This document shows positions 29,923 through 40,562 of a stretch of DNA of 64,000 nucleotides, one piece after another (positions within the stretch are counted from its first letter, which is position 1; every line of letters starts with the position of its first letter). The position numbers and the translations under genes are program-made. The notes under the pieces are model-generated. The model did no database searches. It was not told the DNA's origin and worked only from the letters and a program-made list of their open reading frames with translations. The DNA is from Desulfobacterales bacterium (GTDB lineage: Bacteria; Desulfobacterota; Desulfobacteria; Desulfobacterales; UBA5616): the NCBI GenBank assembly GCA_046483495.1, contig JAWODC010000049.1:70939-134938 (forward strand). The letters run 5' to 3'.

Positions 29923-32013
29923 TCAATTATGTTCCTCAAGGACGGCTTTGTGGCTCAACCGAATTTTACCGTCTTTGCCGATCTCGAGAATTTTAACCTT
30001 TATCCGGTCCCCTTCATTGACAATATCGGAAACCCGCGTCACCCTGCGGTCGGCAAGTTGGGATATATGGACCAGACCATCCGTTCCCGGCAGAATCTGA
30101 ACGAAAGCGCCGAAATCCATGATCTTGACAACGGTGCCTTCATATATTTTTCCAACTTCAGGCTCCAGCGTGATTTCATTGACCAGTTCCATTGCCTTAT
30201 CCGCCTCTTCTTTAGAAAACGCCGCAATTTTGACAATACCTGCATCATCGATTTCAATTTTGGTATTGGTCTCACTCTGAATGGACCGAATCATTTTACC
30301 TCCCGGACCGATCACATCCCGTATTTTATCCGGATTTATCTTAACGGTGACGATCTTCGGAGCGTACGGGGAAATTTCGGAACGGGATTCTTTCAGGGAA
30401 TCCAGCATTCGATCAAGAATGTGAATACGGCCGACTCTTGCCTGTTCGAGAGCGATTTCAAGAATATCCCGGGACAATTCGTGAATTTTTATGTCCATCT
30501 GCAGAGCGGTTATGCCGTCTCTCGAACCGGCGACCTTGAAATCCATATCCCCGGTATGGTCTTCATCGCCAAGAATATCTGAAAGCACGGCAATGTTGTC
30601 ATCCTCCTTCACCAGTCCCATTGCGATTCCCGCTACCGGGGCCTTAATGGGAACGCCTCCATCCATCAGCGCCAGAATACCCGCGCATACGGTCCCCATG
30701 GAAGAAGACCCGTTGGATTCCAGCACCTCGGATACCAGGCGAATGGTGTAATCGAAATCCTCTTTGTCCGGAATCACCTTCTCGATGGCCCGGGTTGACA
30801 GGCCGCCATGACCGATGTCCCGTCTGCTGGGGCCACCCAAACGCTTCACCTCTCCTACGGAAAACGGAGGAAAATTGTAATGCACCATAAAAGGCCGCAG
30901 TTCCTCTCCGGAAAGGGTTTCAACACGCTGTTCATCCTGACCTGAGCCCAGGGTCATAACCCCGAGAACCTGGGTTTCCCCTCGCGTAAACAGTGCGCTG
31001 CCGTGGGGTCTGGGAAGAATGCCGACATCACATGTAATGGGCCGTATTTCATCGAATCTTCTGCCGTCGATTCGCCTTTTTTCCGTTAACACCAAATCAC
31101 GGCAGAGCTTTTTCTGCAGCGTGTCCAGAATTTCGTAGATGTCATCCTTGCGTTCGGCATATGCATCTCCCAGCGCTTCAAAGATATGCGCCTTTACCTC
31201 ATGGAGGGCTGCATGCCGGTCGATTTTTCCCGGGATGACGATGGCTTCCCGCATGGGCTCAACGGCCTTTTCTTCCACCAGAGCAGCCAGTTCCGGGGCT
31301 ATTTCCGGAGCCGCGAACGCACGCTTCGGCTTACCGCATGCCGCCGAAAGGCGGGTCTGCAGCTCAATGATTTCCTGCATGGCGTCTTTTCCGAAAAATA
31401 TCGCTTCCAGCATGTCCTTTTCGGATACCATGCAGCCGCCGCCTTCCACCATTACTACGCCGGTCTTTGAAGCCGCCACGATGATATTGATGTCCAATTT
31501 ATCCCAATCGGCGATTGCCGGATTGATAACGAGGCTGTCGTCCAATCGTCCCACGCGAACGGCTGCTATAGGCCCCTTGAAAGGGATATCGGAAAGTTCG
31601 AGGGCTGCCGATGCCCCGATCATCGCTAATGTGTCCGGATCGTTTTCCTGATCCATGGACAGAACCGTAGCGATAACCTGAGTTTCAAAGCTGTATCCTT
31701 TTGGAAACAGCGGACGGATGGGCCGGTCGATGAGACGGGCGGTAAGGGTCTCCTTTTCACTGGGGCGCCCGATTTCACGCCGAAAATAGTTTCCGGGTAT
31801 CCGCCCGGCCGCATAGATCTTTTCCTGGTATTCCACGGTAAGCGGGAGAAAATCGACTTCCCGCTCTTCCCGGGAAGAAACAGCCGTCACTAACACGATC
31901 GTATCACCGTACTGTACGGTGACCGCACCGGAAGCCTGTTTGGCGATCTTACCGGTTTGAATGCTCAATGGTCGTCCACCGAGCTCTGCTTTTTGTATCG
32001 TTTTCATAAACAT
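29923..32013 (-). CDS. pnp: Polyribonucleotide nucleotidyltransferase
   Basis: [39 protein letters not shown] and S1 domains. Confidence 0.98.
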   Translation of the reverse strand: MFMKTIQKAELGGRPLSIQTGKIAKQASGAVTVQYGDTIVLVTAVSSREEREVDFLPLTVEYQEKIYAAGRIPGNYFRREIGRPSEKETLTARLIDRPIRPLFPKGYSFETQVIATVLSMDQENDPDTLAMIGASAALELSDIPFKGPIAAVRVGRLDDSLVINPAIADWDKLDINIIVAASKTGVVMVEGGGCMVSEKDMLEAIFFGKDAMQEIIELQTRLSAACGKPKRAFAAPEIAPELAALVEEKAVEPMREAIVIPGKIDRHAALHEVKAHIFEALGDAYAERKDDIYEILDTLQKKLCRDLVLTEKRRIDGRRFDEIRPITCDVGILPRPHGSALFTRGETQVLGVMTLGSGQDEQRVETLSGEELRPFMVHYNFPPFSVGEVKRLGGPSRRDIGHGGLSTRAIEKVIPDKEDFDYTIRLVSEVLESNGSSSMGTVCAGILALMDGGVPIKAPVAGIAMGLVKEDDNIAVLSDILGDEDHTGDMDFKVAGSRDGITALQMDIKIHELSRDILEIALEQARVGRIHILDRMLDSLKESRSEISPYAPKIVTVKINPDKIRDVIGPGGKMIRSIQSETNTKIEIDDAGIVKIAAFSKEEADKAMELVNEITLEPEVGKIYEGTVVKIMDFGAFVQILPGTDGLVHISQLADRRVTRVSDIVNEGDRIKVKILEIGKDGKIRLSHKAVLEEHN

Positions 32014-32090
32014 TTCATCCTAAATTGATGTGAACGGTTTTTTCAACCGTAACGAGCGAGAACCGCCATACAGGATCAGCCCTGCATGCG

Positions 32091-32360
32091 CTATCTTCTT
32101 ATGCCGAGCGTCTCGATTAAAGACCTGTACCGTTGCACATCCCTTTTCTTGACATAATTTAATAATCTTCGCCTTCTTCCCACCAGCATAAGCAACCCTC
32201 TTCTGGAGTGGTGGTCCTTTTTATGGACTTTTAAATGCTCGGTCAAATACGTAATGCGATGGGTCAGCAGTCCAACCTGAACTTCCGGCGAACCTGTATC
32301 GGCTTCATGGGTTTTAAGCCGATCAATTACCTCTTTTTTGTCTTCTGCTGTGTAAGCCAC
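32091..32360 (-). CDS. rpsO: 30S ribosomal protein S15
   Basis: DTGSPEVQV...[12 protein letters not shown]. Confidence 0.98.
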   Translation of the reverse strand: MAYTAEDKKEVIDRLKTHEADTGSPEVQVGLLTHRITYLTEHLKVHKKDHHSRRGLLMLVGRRRRLLNYVKKRDVQRYRSLIETLGIRR

Positions 32361-32396
32361 TTTGAATTTACCCTCCTGATCAAAATTAACGGGTTA

Positions 32397-32490
32397 GTGC
32401 TCATCCGGAAACGGCTGATTCACTCCATTTCTTCGTTGGCCGGAAAATTTGTGCCCTTCCATGAAGAAGTCGATATTTCCGGATGCACAC
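32397..32490. repeat. 94-bp MITE/REP-like element with imperfect terminal inverted repeats
   Basis: Left GTGCTCATCCGGAAA, right TTTCCGGATGCACAC; 32394-32423 matches 44900-44871 (minus) at 26/30. Confidence 0.55.
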
Positions 32491-32548
32491 CTTGTCCATC
32501 GATATCGGCCAATGATTCTTGATATACATTAGAATAGCGGAATCTTTC

Positions 32549-33451
32549 CTACTCCGTCAATACGCAACAATAGGCATAATGATTCGATTTTATCCCACAT
32601 TCGACAACGGCAAGCAGCAGCTGCCGGTTATCGACGATTTTTAACAAACCGTTATGGTCCTGCGGCAGTTTAACATCCTCTGTATGCAGCACCCTTCCGT
32701 TTTTGATTTTTTCGGCCAGTTCATCACCGGCGATATACGTGGGCATGGTTTTCAAGGCATCTTTCATGCTGATGACACATTCGTCGATGCGGCCGCTTTC
32801 AGCGATGGCTTCGATGCCGTCCAAAGAAAGCGCTTCATCGATCGTAAATCCACCGCTTTCGATTCGGCGCAAGTCCCTCAAAAACCCCCCGCACCCCAGA
32901 AAATCACCAATATCCGCGCACAGGGTTCGAATATAAGTTCCCGCGGAACAGTGCACCCTGAACCGCACTTCCGGCAAATGAAAATGCAACAGGTCCAGCC
33001 GGTGGATAGAAACCGCCCGTGCCGGCTTTTGTACTGTTTTTCCGCTCCTGGCAAGTTTATACAACGGCACCCCTTTGTGTTTCAATGCAGAATAAACCGG
33101 CGGCCGCTGGTGAATCGGTCCCACAAAACGATTGAAGGCGTCTTGAATCATTTCCGGTGTAACGTCCGGTTCGTTGGACGTTGCAACGATGCGACCGGTT
33201 CTATCCTGCGTATCGGTTGATGCACCTAAAACAAGGACGGCTTCGTACGTTTTATTGCTTTTAAGAAAAAACTTCGCCAGACGGGTGGCCTTGTTGATGC
33301 AGCAAACCAGTACACCGGTGGCAAATGGGTCAAGGGTACCCGTATGTCCTATCTTTTTTGCCTTAAGCATCCGCTTCAGAATGCCTACCGCGCCTGCAGA
33401 GGATATGTTTTCCGGTTTGTCAACAACCAGCACACCGTTTAAATGGGTCAT
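32549..33451 (-). CDS. truB: tRNA pseudouridine(55) synthase
   Basis: GHTGTLDPFATG, PPVYSALK, CSAGTYIRTL. Confidence 0.97.
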   Translation of the reverse strand: MTHLNGVLVVDKPENISSAGAVGILKRMLKAKKIGHTGTLDPFATGVLVCCINKATRLAKFFLKSNKTYEAVLVLGASTDTQDRTGRIVATSNEPDVTPEMIQDAFNRFVGPIHQRPPVYSALKHKGVPLYKLARSGKTVQKPARAVSIHRLDLLHFHLPEVRFRVHCSAGTYIRTLCADIGDFLGCGGFLRDLRRIESGGFTIDEALSLDGIEAIAESGRIDECVISMKDALKTMPTYIAGDELAEKIKNGRVLHTEDVKLPQDHNGLLKIVDNRQLLLAVVECGIKSNHYAYCCVLTE

Positions 33452-34416
33452 TGTACTTCAGGTAAAATCCTTTTCGCCAGTTGAAAAATTTTTTCCTTGA
33501 CATCGGTCAAGGGAAGGTCGATGCAAAAGCCGGCCGCCGTCCGGTGGCCGCCCCCCCCGAATTCTGCTGCAATGGAGGCGACATCCACGGATCCGTCGGA
33601 TCGAAGGCTTACATGATAATCTCCGTCTCCATTTTGTTTCTGCTGTATCAGCGCAGCGATTTTGACGTCTTTTATGTTTCGGGCATAATTCAAAAACCCG
33701 TCCGTATCTTCGGGCCTGGTCATAGTTTTGGTATACATGTCCCGTGTCAGCGTCATAATCGAAATATGGCCCTTTTCGGAAAGTTCAATGGAATCCAACG
33801 CCCGGTTCAGCAGTTTCAGACGGCCCAGCGAATAAGGACCGTAAACATGCTGAGCGACATAGGAGGGATCCACGCCGAATTCCACCATTTCCTTGCAAAT
33901 GGAAAACGCATTCTCATTGGTGTTGGAAAAGCGGAAAGATCCGGTATCCGTCAAAATGCCGGTGTAAATGGATGTCGCCATTGCCTTGGTCATCGGTATT
34001 TTCATTTCCTTGATCAACAGATAAACGAGTTCCGCAGTGGCGCACGCCCACATGTCGACAAATCGGATATGGCCGAAATTCGTATTGGTCGTGTGATGAT
34101 CGATATTGATAATGACCGGGACCCGTTTTATTTTGTCCGCCGCCTTCCCGACACGCTCAAAATCGCTGCAGTCCAGCACCACAGCCGTTTCGTAATCTTC
34201 CGGGGCTTCAAGTGTTTTCGAAATTCGATTGCTTGCCGACAGGAACCGGTAAACCGCGGGAATGGCACTTTCACTGTAAAGCGTTACCTCTTTGCCGCAC
34301 GATTCAAGGGCTAGACCCAATGCGGTCAAGGAGCCGATCGAATCCCCGTCGGGATTTATGTGAGAAGCCAGTAAAATGTGATTACTCTTCCGTAGGTTCT
34401 GAATTATCTGTTTCAT
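33448..34416 (-). CDS. nrnA: DHH/DHHA1 bifunctional oligoribonuclease/PAP phosphatase
   Basis: HINPDGD, IDHH, TDTGSFR, GGGH..AAG. Confidence 0.88.
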   Translation of the reverse strand: MKQIIQNLRKSNHILLASHINPDGDSIGSLTALGLALESCGKEVTLYSESAIPAVYRFLSASNRISKTLEAPEDYETAVVLDCSDFERVGKAADKIKRVPVIINIDHHTTNTNFGHIRFVDMWACATAELVYLLIKEMKIPMTKAMATSIYTGILTDTGSFRFSNTNENAFSICKEMVEFGVDPSYVAQHVYGPYSLGRLKLLNRALDSIELSEKGHISIMTLTRDMYTKTMTRPEDTDGFLNYARNIKDVKIAALIQQKQNGDGDYHVSLRSDGSVDVASIAAEFGGGGHRTAAGFCIDLPLTDVKEKIFQLAKRILPEVQ

Positions 34417-34762
34417 CGTTTTTCTGAACGGCCTTTAACAACGCGTTGATATGTGATGCGTGATCGAATGAATTATCATAATAAAATTCCAGATCGGGCA
34501 TATAGCGCAACATCAATTTGTCGGCCAATTTTCGCTTTAAGTACTTGCGGGCGCTTTTAAATCCGGCCTCCGCCTCTTTGGGCATTTTTTGGCTTGCCGC
34601 CATTGTGAAGTAAATTCTGGCTATTCTTAAATCATTGGTCATATTAACGCTGGTAATCGTCACCATATCGAGTCTCGGGTCGCTGACATCTTTTTGTAAG
34701 GTTTCCGTCAACTCTTTTTTTATACGGCCGCTGACTCTGTCGGCTCGTGAGAATAAGGTCAT
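34382..34762 (-). CDS. rbfA: Ribosome-binding factor A
   Basis: RADRV...DPRL..VTIT.V....DLR.A...LRYMPDL.F.YD. Confidence 0.95.
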   Translation of the reverse strand: MTLFSRADRVSGRIKKELTETLQKDVSDPRLDMVTITSVNMTNDLRIARIYFTMAASQKMPKEAEAGFKSARKYLKRKLADKLMLRYMPDLEFYYDNSFDHASHINALLKAVQKNDETDNSEPTEE

Positions 34763-35046
34763 AAACGAATAATTTCCATTTCCGTATCGATCAACTCAGC
34801 CAGGCCGATGCTGTCGGCCAGGTTAAATATTCGGTCGATTTTCGAGTTGATCAGATTGACATTGTTGCCGACGAGCGCGAATGCTATTTCAGCCCTTTGG
34901 TGACTGTCATTGGATCCCACTTCGGCAACAGAAGCGTTGAAATTTTTCTGGATCTTGCTGATGATCGATTTTACGATGCCGCGCTTGACTTTCAATGATC
35001 GGCAGTCATGCAGTCGATAAACGATCTTTCCCGTCCCGACAACCAT
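34759..35046 (-). CDS. DUF503 (YlxP-like) protein
   Basis: MVVG...SLK.KR.IV...FNASVAEV; conserved position between infB and rbfA. Confidence 0.88.
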   Translation of the reverse strand: MVVGTGKIVYRLHDCRSLKVKRGIVKSIISKIQKNFNASVAEVGSNDSHQRAEIAFALVGNNVNLINSKIDRIFNLADSIGLAELIDTEMEIIRL

Positions 35047-35052
35047 GGTGGA

Positions 35053-37833
35053 TTATAACTCCGGTTTTATTTCTTCCATATAATAACATTCGATGATATC
35101 GCCGACTTTGATATCATTGTATTTTTCGATGCCGATACCGCACTCGAAACCGCTTTGGACTTCCCTGACATCATCTTTGAATCGTCTCAACGATCCGATT
35201 CTACCGTCGTATAGAACGATGCCCTCCCGGATCAGTCGAGCCTTCTGGCCTCGTTGCATTTTTCCGTTGGTGACGTAACTGCCGGCTACCGCCCCGACTT
35301 TAGGCACATGGAATACTTCCCTGACCTCAGCAGTGCCCAGTATCCTCTCTTCAAAGGTGGATGCCATCATGCCGACAATGGCATCCTGAACATCCTTGAT
35401 CACATTATAGATAATGTCATAAAAGCGAATATCCACATTTTCTTCTGCGGCCAGGGCCTGCACCTTTGCGTTAGGGCGCACATTGAAACCGATGATAATG
35501 GCATCGGACACCGCTGCCAGTGAAACATCCGATTCGGCGATAGCGCCCGTGGCCGAATGGACGATATTGATCTTAACCTCCTCGTTGGATAACTTAACCA
35601 GCGAATCCTTGAGCGCTTCGATGGAGCCGTGAACATCCGCCTTCAGTATGATGTTCAGGTCCTGAACCTCACCCTCCTGCATTTGCTCGAAAAGATTCTC
35701 CAGGCTTAGGCGGTTTGTCTTGGAGAGTTCCCTGGATCTTTGCTTCTGGATTCTGTAACTGCTGACCTGCTTGGCGTTTTTTTCGTCGGCAAGAGCAACG
35801 AATTCATCGCCGGCGTTCGGAACACCGGTAAGACCGATAATTTCAACGGGCATGGAGGGGCCCGCCGTCTTTACCTGGTTTCCCCGATCATCGACCAGGG
35901 CACGAATTTTGCCGTAATGCATCCCGCATACGACCGGATCACCGGAATGCAGCGTTCCATCTTGAACCAGTACCGTGGCCACCGCTCCCCTTCCGGAGTC
36001 AAGTTTTGCTTCGACCACGTGACCGGATGCCAGCTTGTCCGGATTTGCTTTAAGCTCCATAAGTTCAGCCTGAAGCAGCACCATTTCCAGAAGATCATCG
36101 ATTCCTTCACCGGTTTTTGCGGACACTCGGACAAAAATAGTGTCTCCGCCCCAGTCTTCGGGCGTTAAACCGGACTCGGAAAGCCCCCGCAGAACACGGT
36201 CGGGATCGGCATTGGACTTGTCAATTTTATTGACGGCCACAATAATGGGAACATCGGCCGCTTTTGAATGGTTGATCGCCTCCAACGTCTGGGGCATAAC
36301 ACCGTCATCTGCGGCAACCACCAGTATAACGATGTCCGTCACACTGGCCCCCCGGCTTCGCATGGCCGTGAAGGCTTCATGGCCTGGAGTGTCGAGAAAA
36401 ACAAGCCGGCCCCTTTCAGTTGTTACATGGTATGCACCGATATGTTGGGTAATTCCGCCGGCTTCCTGTTCGGTAACACTGGTTTTTCGGATGACATCCA
36501 GAAGAGATGTTTTACCGTGGTCAACATGGCCCATAACCGTAACCACCGGCGGTCGGGAAACCAATTTTTCGGGATCATCGGATTCGATCCTGATAATGGA
36601 TTCTTCTTCGAAAGAGGCTTTTTCGACTTCATAATCGAACTCGGCCGCAACCAGCGCCGCCGTGTCGAATTCTATCGGCTGGTTCACCGTTGTCATCACC
36701 CCCATGCCCATCAATTTTTTAATAATTTCGCTTGCCTTGATTCCCATTCGTTTGGCCAAATCGGACAAAACAATCGTTTCATCGATTTTTATCCGGCGCT
36801 TAATGGCTTTGGGCGTGGTGAGTTGGGGCTTATGGCCCTTTGCGGCTCTTTTGCCTTTTTCTCCTTTTCGAAGTTTCCGGGTTCGATCTTCAAATGAATA
36901 GAGTTCATCCCCTTCGACGATTGCCTTTTTTCGAAAAGCAATTTTCTTTTTTGGAGCAGTCTCCGCTTCGACGGGTGCCTCCGGTCGTTTGGCACGGCCT
37001 TTTTTCTTTTTCTTTTCTTTTGCCGCCTTCTCTTCTTCCGTTTCTTTTTGGGCAAGCTCGATAGATGTAACCTTTTGCGAGGCCGCAGGTTCTTTCTGTT
37101 TATCTTGCGGCGGCACCTCGATGAGAGGTTCGGGTTGTTCGACCTGCAAAGGCAATGGACCCATTTTAATAATTTTAGCCGGCATGTCCTTTTTTGCCCG
37201 CCGTTTTTTGCCTTCCGGCTTTTTTCGTTTCGTTATTTTTTCACCAGGTGCCGCCGCAGGTTCCTCACCCTTTTCAACGGGCCCGGCCTTTTCCGGCGCT
37301 GCAGCATGCTCCGCGGTACCGGGTTCAGCCGGCGCTTCGGTGCGTAGAGCCGTTTCTTCCGTTCTTTCGGGTTCCGGTTCGATGACCTCCGGCTGCTTTT
37401 CGAGCGGAGGCCTGGGTTTTTGGATTGTGGGAGTCGGTTGTTTTTCCCGGGTTTCGAGATCGGTTACAGCGGGCTCAGCCGGGGCCGTCCCCGGTTTTTC
37501 AGCGGCTTCAGCAGGTTGTGGAGCGGGGGCGGGTTCCGTTTCAACGGGAACTTCTTGTTCAGCGGCCGAAACCTCAGCCGGTTGGGGTGCAGGGGGTGCG
37601 GGTTCCTGTTTGACCTTTTTCCGCCTTCGAATCACCGTCGGCTTCACACGTGTTTCTTCAACCGCTTTTGCGGGTTTTTGAAGAAGTTTGCTCTTGAACT
37701 CAGTTACGGTATCTTCTTCAAGAGAACTCATGTGGTTTCCGACGGAAAATCCGAAACCGGTCAATTTGTCGATCAGTTCCTTATTGGTCATGTTTAGGTC
37801 TCTGGCAAGTTCATATACTCTGATTTTTGCCAT
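35053..37833 (-). CDS. infB: Translation initiation factor IF-2
   Basis: RVYELA N-terminus, [18 protein letters not shown]. Confidence 0.98.
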   Translation of the reverse strand: MAKIRVYELARDLNMTNKELIDKLTGFGFSVGNHMSSLEEDTVTEFKSKLLQKPAKAVEETRVKPTVIRRRKKVKQEPAPPAPQPAEVSAAEQEVPVETEPAPAPQPAEAAEKPGTAPAEPAVTDLETREKQPTPTIQKPRPPLEKQPEVIEPEPERTEETALRTEAPAEPGTAEHAAAPEKAGPVEKGEEPAAAPGEKITKRKKPEGKKRRAKKDMPAKIIKMGPLPLQVEQPEPLIEVPPQDKQKEPAASQKVTSIELAQKETEEEKAAKEKKKKKGRAKRPEAPVEAETAPKKKIAFRKKAIVEGDELYSFEDRTRKLRKGEKGKRAAKGHKPQLTTPKAIKRRIKIDETIVLSDLAKRMGIKASEIIKKLMGMGVMTTVNQPIEFDTAALVAAEFDYEVEKASFEEESIIRIESDDPEKLVSRPPVVTVMGHVDHGKTSLLDVIRKTSVTEQEAGGITQHIGAYHVTTERGRLVFLDTPGHEAFTAMRSRGASVTDIVILVVAADDGVMPQTLEAINHSKAADVPIIVAVNKIDKSNADPDRVLRGLSESGLTPEDWGGDTIFVRVSAKTGEGIDDLLEMVLLQAELMELKANPDKLASGHVVEAKLDSGRGAVATVLVQDGTLHSGDPVVCGMHYGKIRALVDDRGNQVKTAGPSMPVEIIGLTGVPNAGDEFVALADEKNAKQVSSYRIQKQRSRELSKTNRLSLENLFEQMQEGEVQDLNIILKADVHGSIEALKDSLVKLSNEEVKINIVHSATGAIAESDVSLAAVSDAIIIGFNVRPNAKVQALAAEENVDIRFYDIIYNVIKDVQDAIVGMMASTFEERILGTAEVREVFHVPKVGAVAGSYVTNGKMQRGQKARLIREGIVLYDGRIGSLRRFKDDVREVQSGFECGIGIEKYNDIKVGDIIECYYMEEIKPEL

Positions 37834-37868
37834 TCATACCCCCAAATGTTTTCGTTTGCTGATTTTGC

Positions 37869-39236
37869 TTATTCATCGGACACCGTATCGTTGTCCGTAT
37901 TGCTCTTCCATAATTCGGGATCCGGGTCTTTCGGCTTTTCCGGGTCTACAGAATCATCGTTTTCATTTACCTCATCCTCCGCCGCCGCCGATTCCTCGCG
38001 GCCGAAGATATAATCTCCGGCACTTTCAATGAGTGTTTTCGCTTTATTCTCATCGATGCCGTCTATCTGAATCAAATCTTCGACCCCCGCCTGACTCAAT
38101 TCCTCGGCTGAAATAAAGCCCTTTTCACACAGTTGGTCGGCAAGAGCCGTATCGACTTCCGGCAATTTCTTCAGGGAGTCATACCCCTCGAGCATGGTTT
38201 GCTTGTATTGATCTTCGCTGATGACATCCAAATTCCACTCCGTTAATTTTGACGCAAGCCGGACATTTTGCCCCTTTTTACCGATAGCTATAGAGAGTGA
38301 ATCATCGGGCACAATCACTTCCATGGAGCGGTTATCTTCATCGATAATCACCCGCCTTATTTCAGCAGGCGCTAATGCATTGCAGACAAATTTTGCCGGA
38401 TCGACGTGCCAGGGAATGATGTCGATTTTTTCTCCACGAAGTTCCTGCACCACATTCTGAACCCGGCTTCCTTTCATTCCCACGCAGGCACCCACCGGAT
38501 CGATATCTGCATCACTGGTGGTAACGGCGATTTTCGCTCGAATGCCGGGCTCGCGGGCGGCACCCATGATTTTGACGATGCCTTCCGAAATTTCGGGGAC
38601 TTCCGTTTTGAAAAGGTTGACCAAAAAATTCGGGTGCGTTCTCGACAGAAGAATCTGGGGACCGCGGGATTCGTACATTACATCCAGAATATACGCACGT
38701 ATCCGGTCTCCACGCCGATAATTCTCTTTGGGCACCTGCTCCTTGTACGGAAGAACGGCTTCGGTCTGCCCCAGATTGACGATAATATCCCGCCGGTCGA
38801 ATCGCTGTACGATACCGTTGATAATTTCACCTTTTCGATCGATGTACCCGGCGTATATCGTATCCCGTTCAGCATCTTTCATTTTTTGAATGATAACCTG
38901 TTTTGCCGATTGGGCCGCAATTCTGCCGAAGGTGGTGGTATCCATTTTCGTGCCCAGGCTGTCGCCCACTTCACATTCCGGGTCGAGTTCATAGCCTTGT
39001 TCCGGCGTCATCTGAGTATCGGGGTCGGTGATTTCTTCAACCACCTCCTTGAACTGAAACACCTCGAATTCCCCGGCTTCTTCATTAAATTGCACTTCGA
39101 TATCGATCCTGCTGCCGAATTTTTTCCTTGCAGCCGACTTAAGCGCCTCCTCTAGAGCTCGAATCAGAATATTTCGGTCGATGCCTTTATCTTTGCTGAC
39201 CTGCTCAATAACACGTTTGATATCTGTTATTAGCAT
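37869..39236 (-). CDS. nusA: Transcription termination/antitermination factor NusA
   Basis: FGRIAAQSAKQVI, AREPG.R.K, GACVG.KGSRV, AIGKKGQNVRLA. Confidence 0.98.
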   Translation of the reverse strand: MLITDIKRVIEQVSKDKGIDRNILIRALEEALKSAARKKFGSRIDIEVQFNEEAGEFEVFQFKEVVEEITDPDTQMTPEQGYELDPECEVGDSLGTKMDTTTFGRIAAQSAKQVIIQKMKDAERDTIYAGYIDRKGEIINGIVQRFDRRDIIVNLGQTEAVLPYKEQVPKENYRRGDRIRAYILDVMYESRGPQILLSRTHPNFLVNLFKTEVPEISEGIVKIMGAAREPGIRAKIAVTTSDADIDPVGACVGMKGSRVQNVVQELRGEKIDIIPWHVDPAKFVCNALAPAEIRRVIIDEDNRSMEVIVPDDSLSIAIGKKGQNVRLASKLTEWNLDVISEDQYKQTMLEGYDSLKKLPEVDTALADQLCEKGFISAEELSQAGVEDLIQIDGIDENKAKTLIESAGDYIFGREESAAAEDEVNENDDSVDPEKPKDPDPELWKSNTDNDTVSDE

Positions 39237-39238
39237 TC

Positions 39239-39760
39239 CTATTCTCCATTATGATTGACGAGTCGCGCTTTAAGGATTTCCTCATACGGAATGGCGACAA
39301 TTCCGTCGTTTTTTTCCAGCTTGACAGCCCCTTCGGTTATTCCCAAAAGTGTCCCCGTGAAATTCTTTCTTCCATCCACGGCATGTCGGGTTCTTATTTT
39401 AGCCGAATTCCCCTTGAATCGATTAAAATCGTCTTTTTTTCCCAGGGGCCGTTCAAGTCCGGGTGACGAGACTTCAAGATGATACGGTATGTCGCTTTCG
39501 ATATAAACGTCCAACAAATCTCCGAGTTGACGACTGATGTGAACACAGTCATTCAGGCCGACCCCGCCGGGCTTATCGATAAAAACCCTTAGAATTCTGC
39601 CCCCCGGCTCATTTTGGTACTCCACATGCACGAGTTCCATCTCCTCTGATTCGCATAACGTCTGTGCCAGATCCGTTATTCGATTTATCGTTTCTTTCCC
39701 GAAACCGGGCGCCGGTTTCACTTCCGTTTCATGTTTACGGATGTTCTTTTTCTTTTTCAT
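39239..39760 (-). CDS. rimP: Ribosome maturation factor RimP
   Basis: LRVFIDKPGG, LEVSSPGLERPL. Confidence 0.96.
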   Translation of the reverse strand: MKKKKNIRKHETEVKPAPGFGKETINRITDLAQTLCESEEMELVHVEYQNEPGGRILRVFIDKPGGVGLNDCVHISRQLGDLLDVYIESDIPYHLEVSSPGLERPLGKKDDFNRFKGNSAKIRTRHAVDGRKNFTGTLLGITEGAVKLEKNDGIVAIPYEEILKARLVNHNGE

Positions 39761-39770
39761 AAGTTGTGCA

Positions 39771-39801
39771 ATAAAAATAAAAAACGGGCCACGGCCCGTT
39801 T
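39771..39801 (-). terminator. Hairpin plus U-tract in the rimP leader (tRNA terminator / attenuator)
   Basis: Minus strand AAACGGGCC-GT-GGCCCGTTT followed by TTTATTTTT. Confidence 0.65.
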
Positions 39802-39946
39802 CCTGTCATTTAGTAAGATCTTCTTTGAAGCAGATAGAATGTATCTGTTTAGAAACTTAACATAAGAAAAATCTCCCATCTACGATCATGATGAAAATCT
39901 TATATCCTAAATAACGTTTTTAAGCGAAAACGGTAAAAACAAATTC

Positions 39947-40022
39947 TGGAGCGGGCAACGAGATTCGAACTCGCGACACCAAGCTTGGGAAGCTTGTACT
40001 CTACCAACTGAGCTATGCCCGC
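39947..40022 (-). tRNA. tRNA-Gly(CCC)
   Basis: GCGGGCATAGCTCAGTTGGTAGAGTACAAGCTTCCCAAGCTTGGTGTCGCGAGTTCGAATCTCGTTGCCCGCTCCA; 76 nt cloverleaf with encoded CCA. Confidence 0.97.
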
Positions 40023-40155
40023 TTCCGGGCAAATGATTAAGCTAAAAAAGTACGAATGTCAATAACTTTCATTCACTTTTATGCAGGTTTACGGTGAATT
40101 TGTAAAAATATTTTTCATGCCGGCCATTCGCGGGGCGGGAGCGTTTCCAGGTGAT

Positions 40156-40512
40156 TTACTCGAGGATTTTGCGCATCGATTCCAGCTCTAGGCGAATTTC
40201 ATCGAGCAGACGGGAACAGGATTCCGATTTTACACCGGGTTTTTTTTTGTGGGTGTTGTTAAGATGTTGTCTGGCCCCCGGTATCGTGAATTTCTTTTCG
40301 TACAGCAGGTGCTTTATTTCAAGAATGAGTTCCACATCTTTTCGGCGGTAGAGGCGCTGTCCGGAGGATGTGCGCTTCGGATTTATTTTTTTGAACTCGG
40401 TTTCCCAGAATCGCAGAACATAGGCGGGAATATCCGTGATTTCACTCACTTCACCGACTCTAAAGTATAACTTGTCCGACAGATTCAATGAATCATCCAT
40501 GTAACCTTCCAT
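40156..40512 (-). CDS. MerR-family HTH regulator (pheT/ihfA-associated type)
   Basis: KLYFRVGEV......VLRFWETEF..I.P.R...GQRLY.R.D...FTI.GA. Confidence 0.92.
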   Translation of the reverse strand: MEGYMDDSLNLSDKLYFRVGEVSEITDIPAYVLRFWETEFKKINPKRTSSGQRLYRRKDVELILEIKHLLYEKKFTIPGARQHLNNTHKKKPGVKSESCSRLLDEIRLELESMRKILE

Positions 40513-40562
40513 TTACACCCGATTGCCTCGCGGGCTTGAACGCCGCAAGTCTTTATTGCCGG

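Noticed and set aside
37250..37610. Pro/Ala/Glu-rich repeats in IF-2 ([11 protein letters not shown] / [10 protein letters not shown])
   Set aside because: Ordinary low-complexity variable N-terminal region of IF-2.
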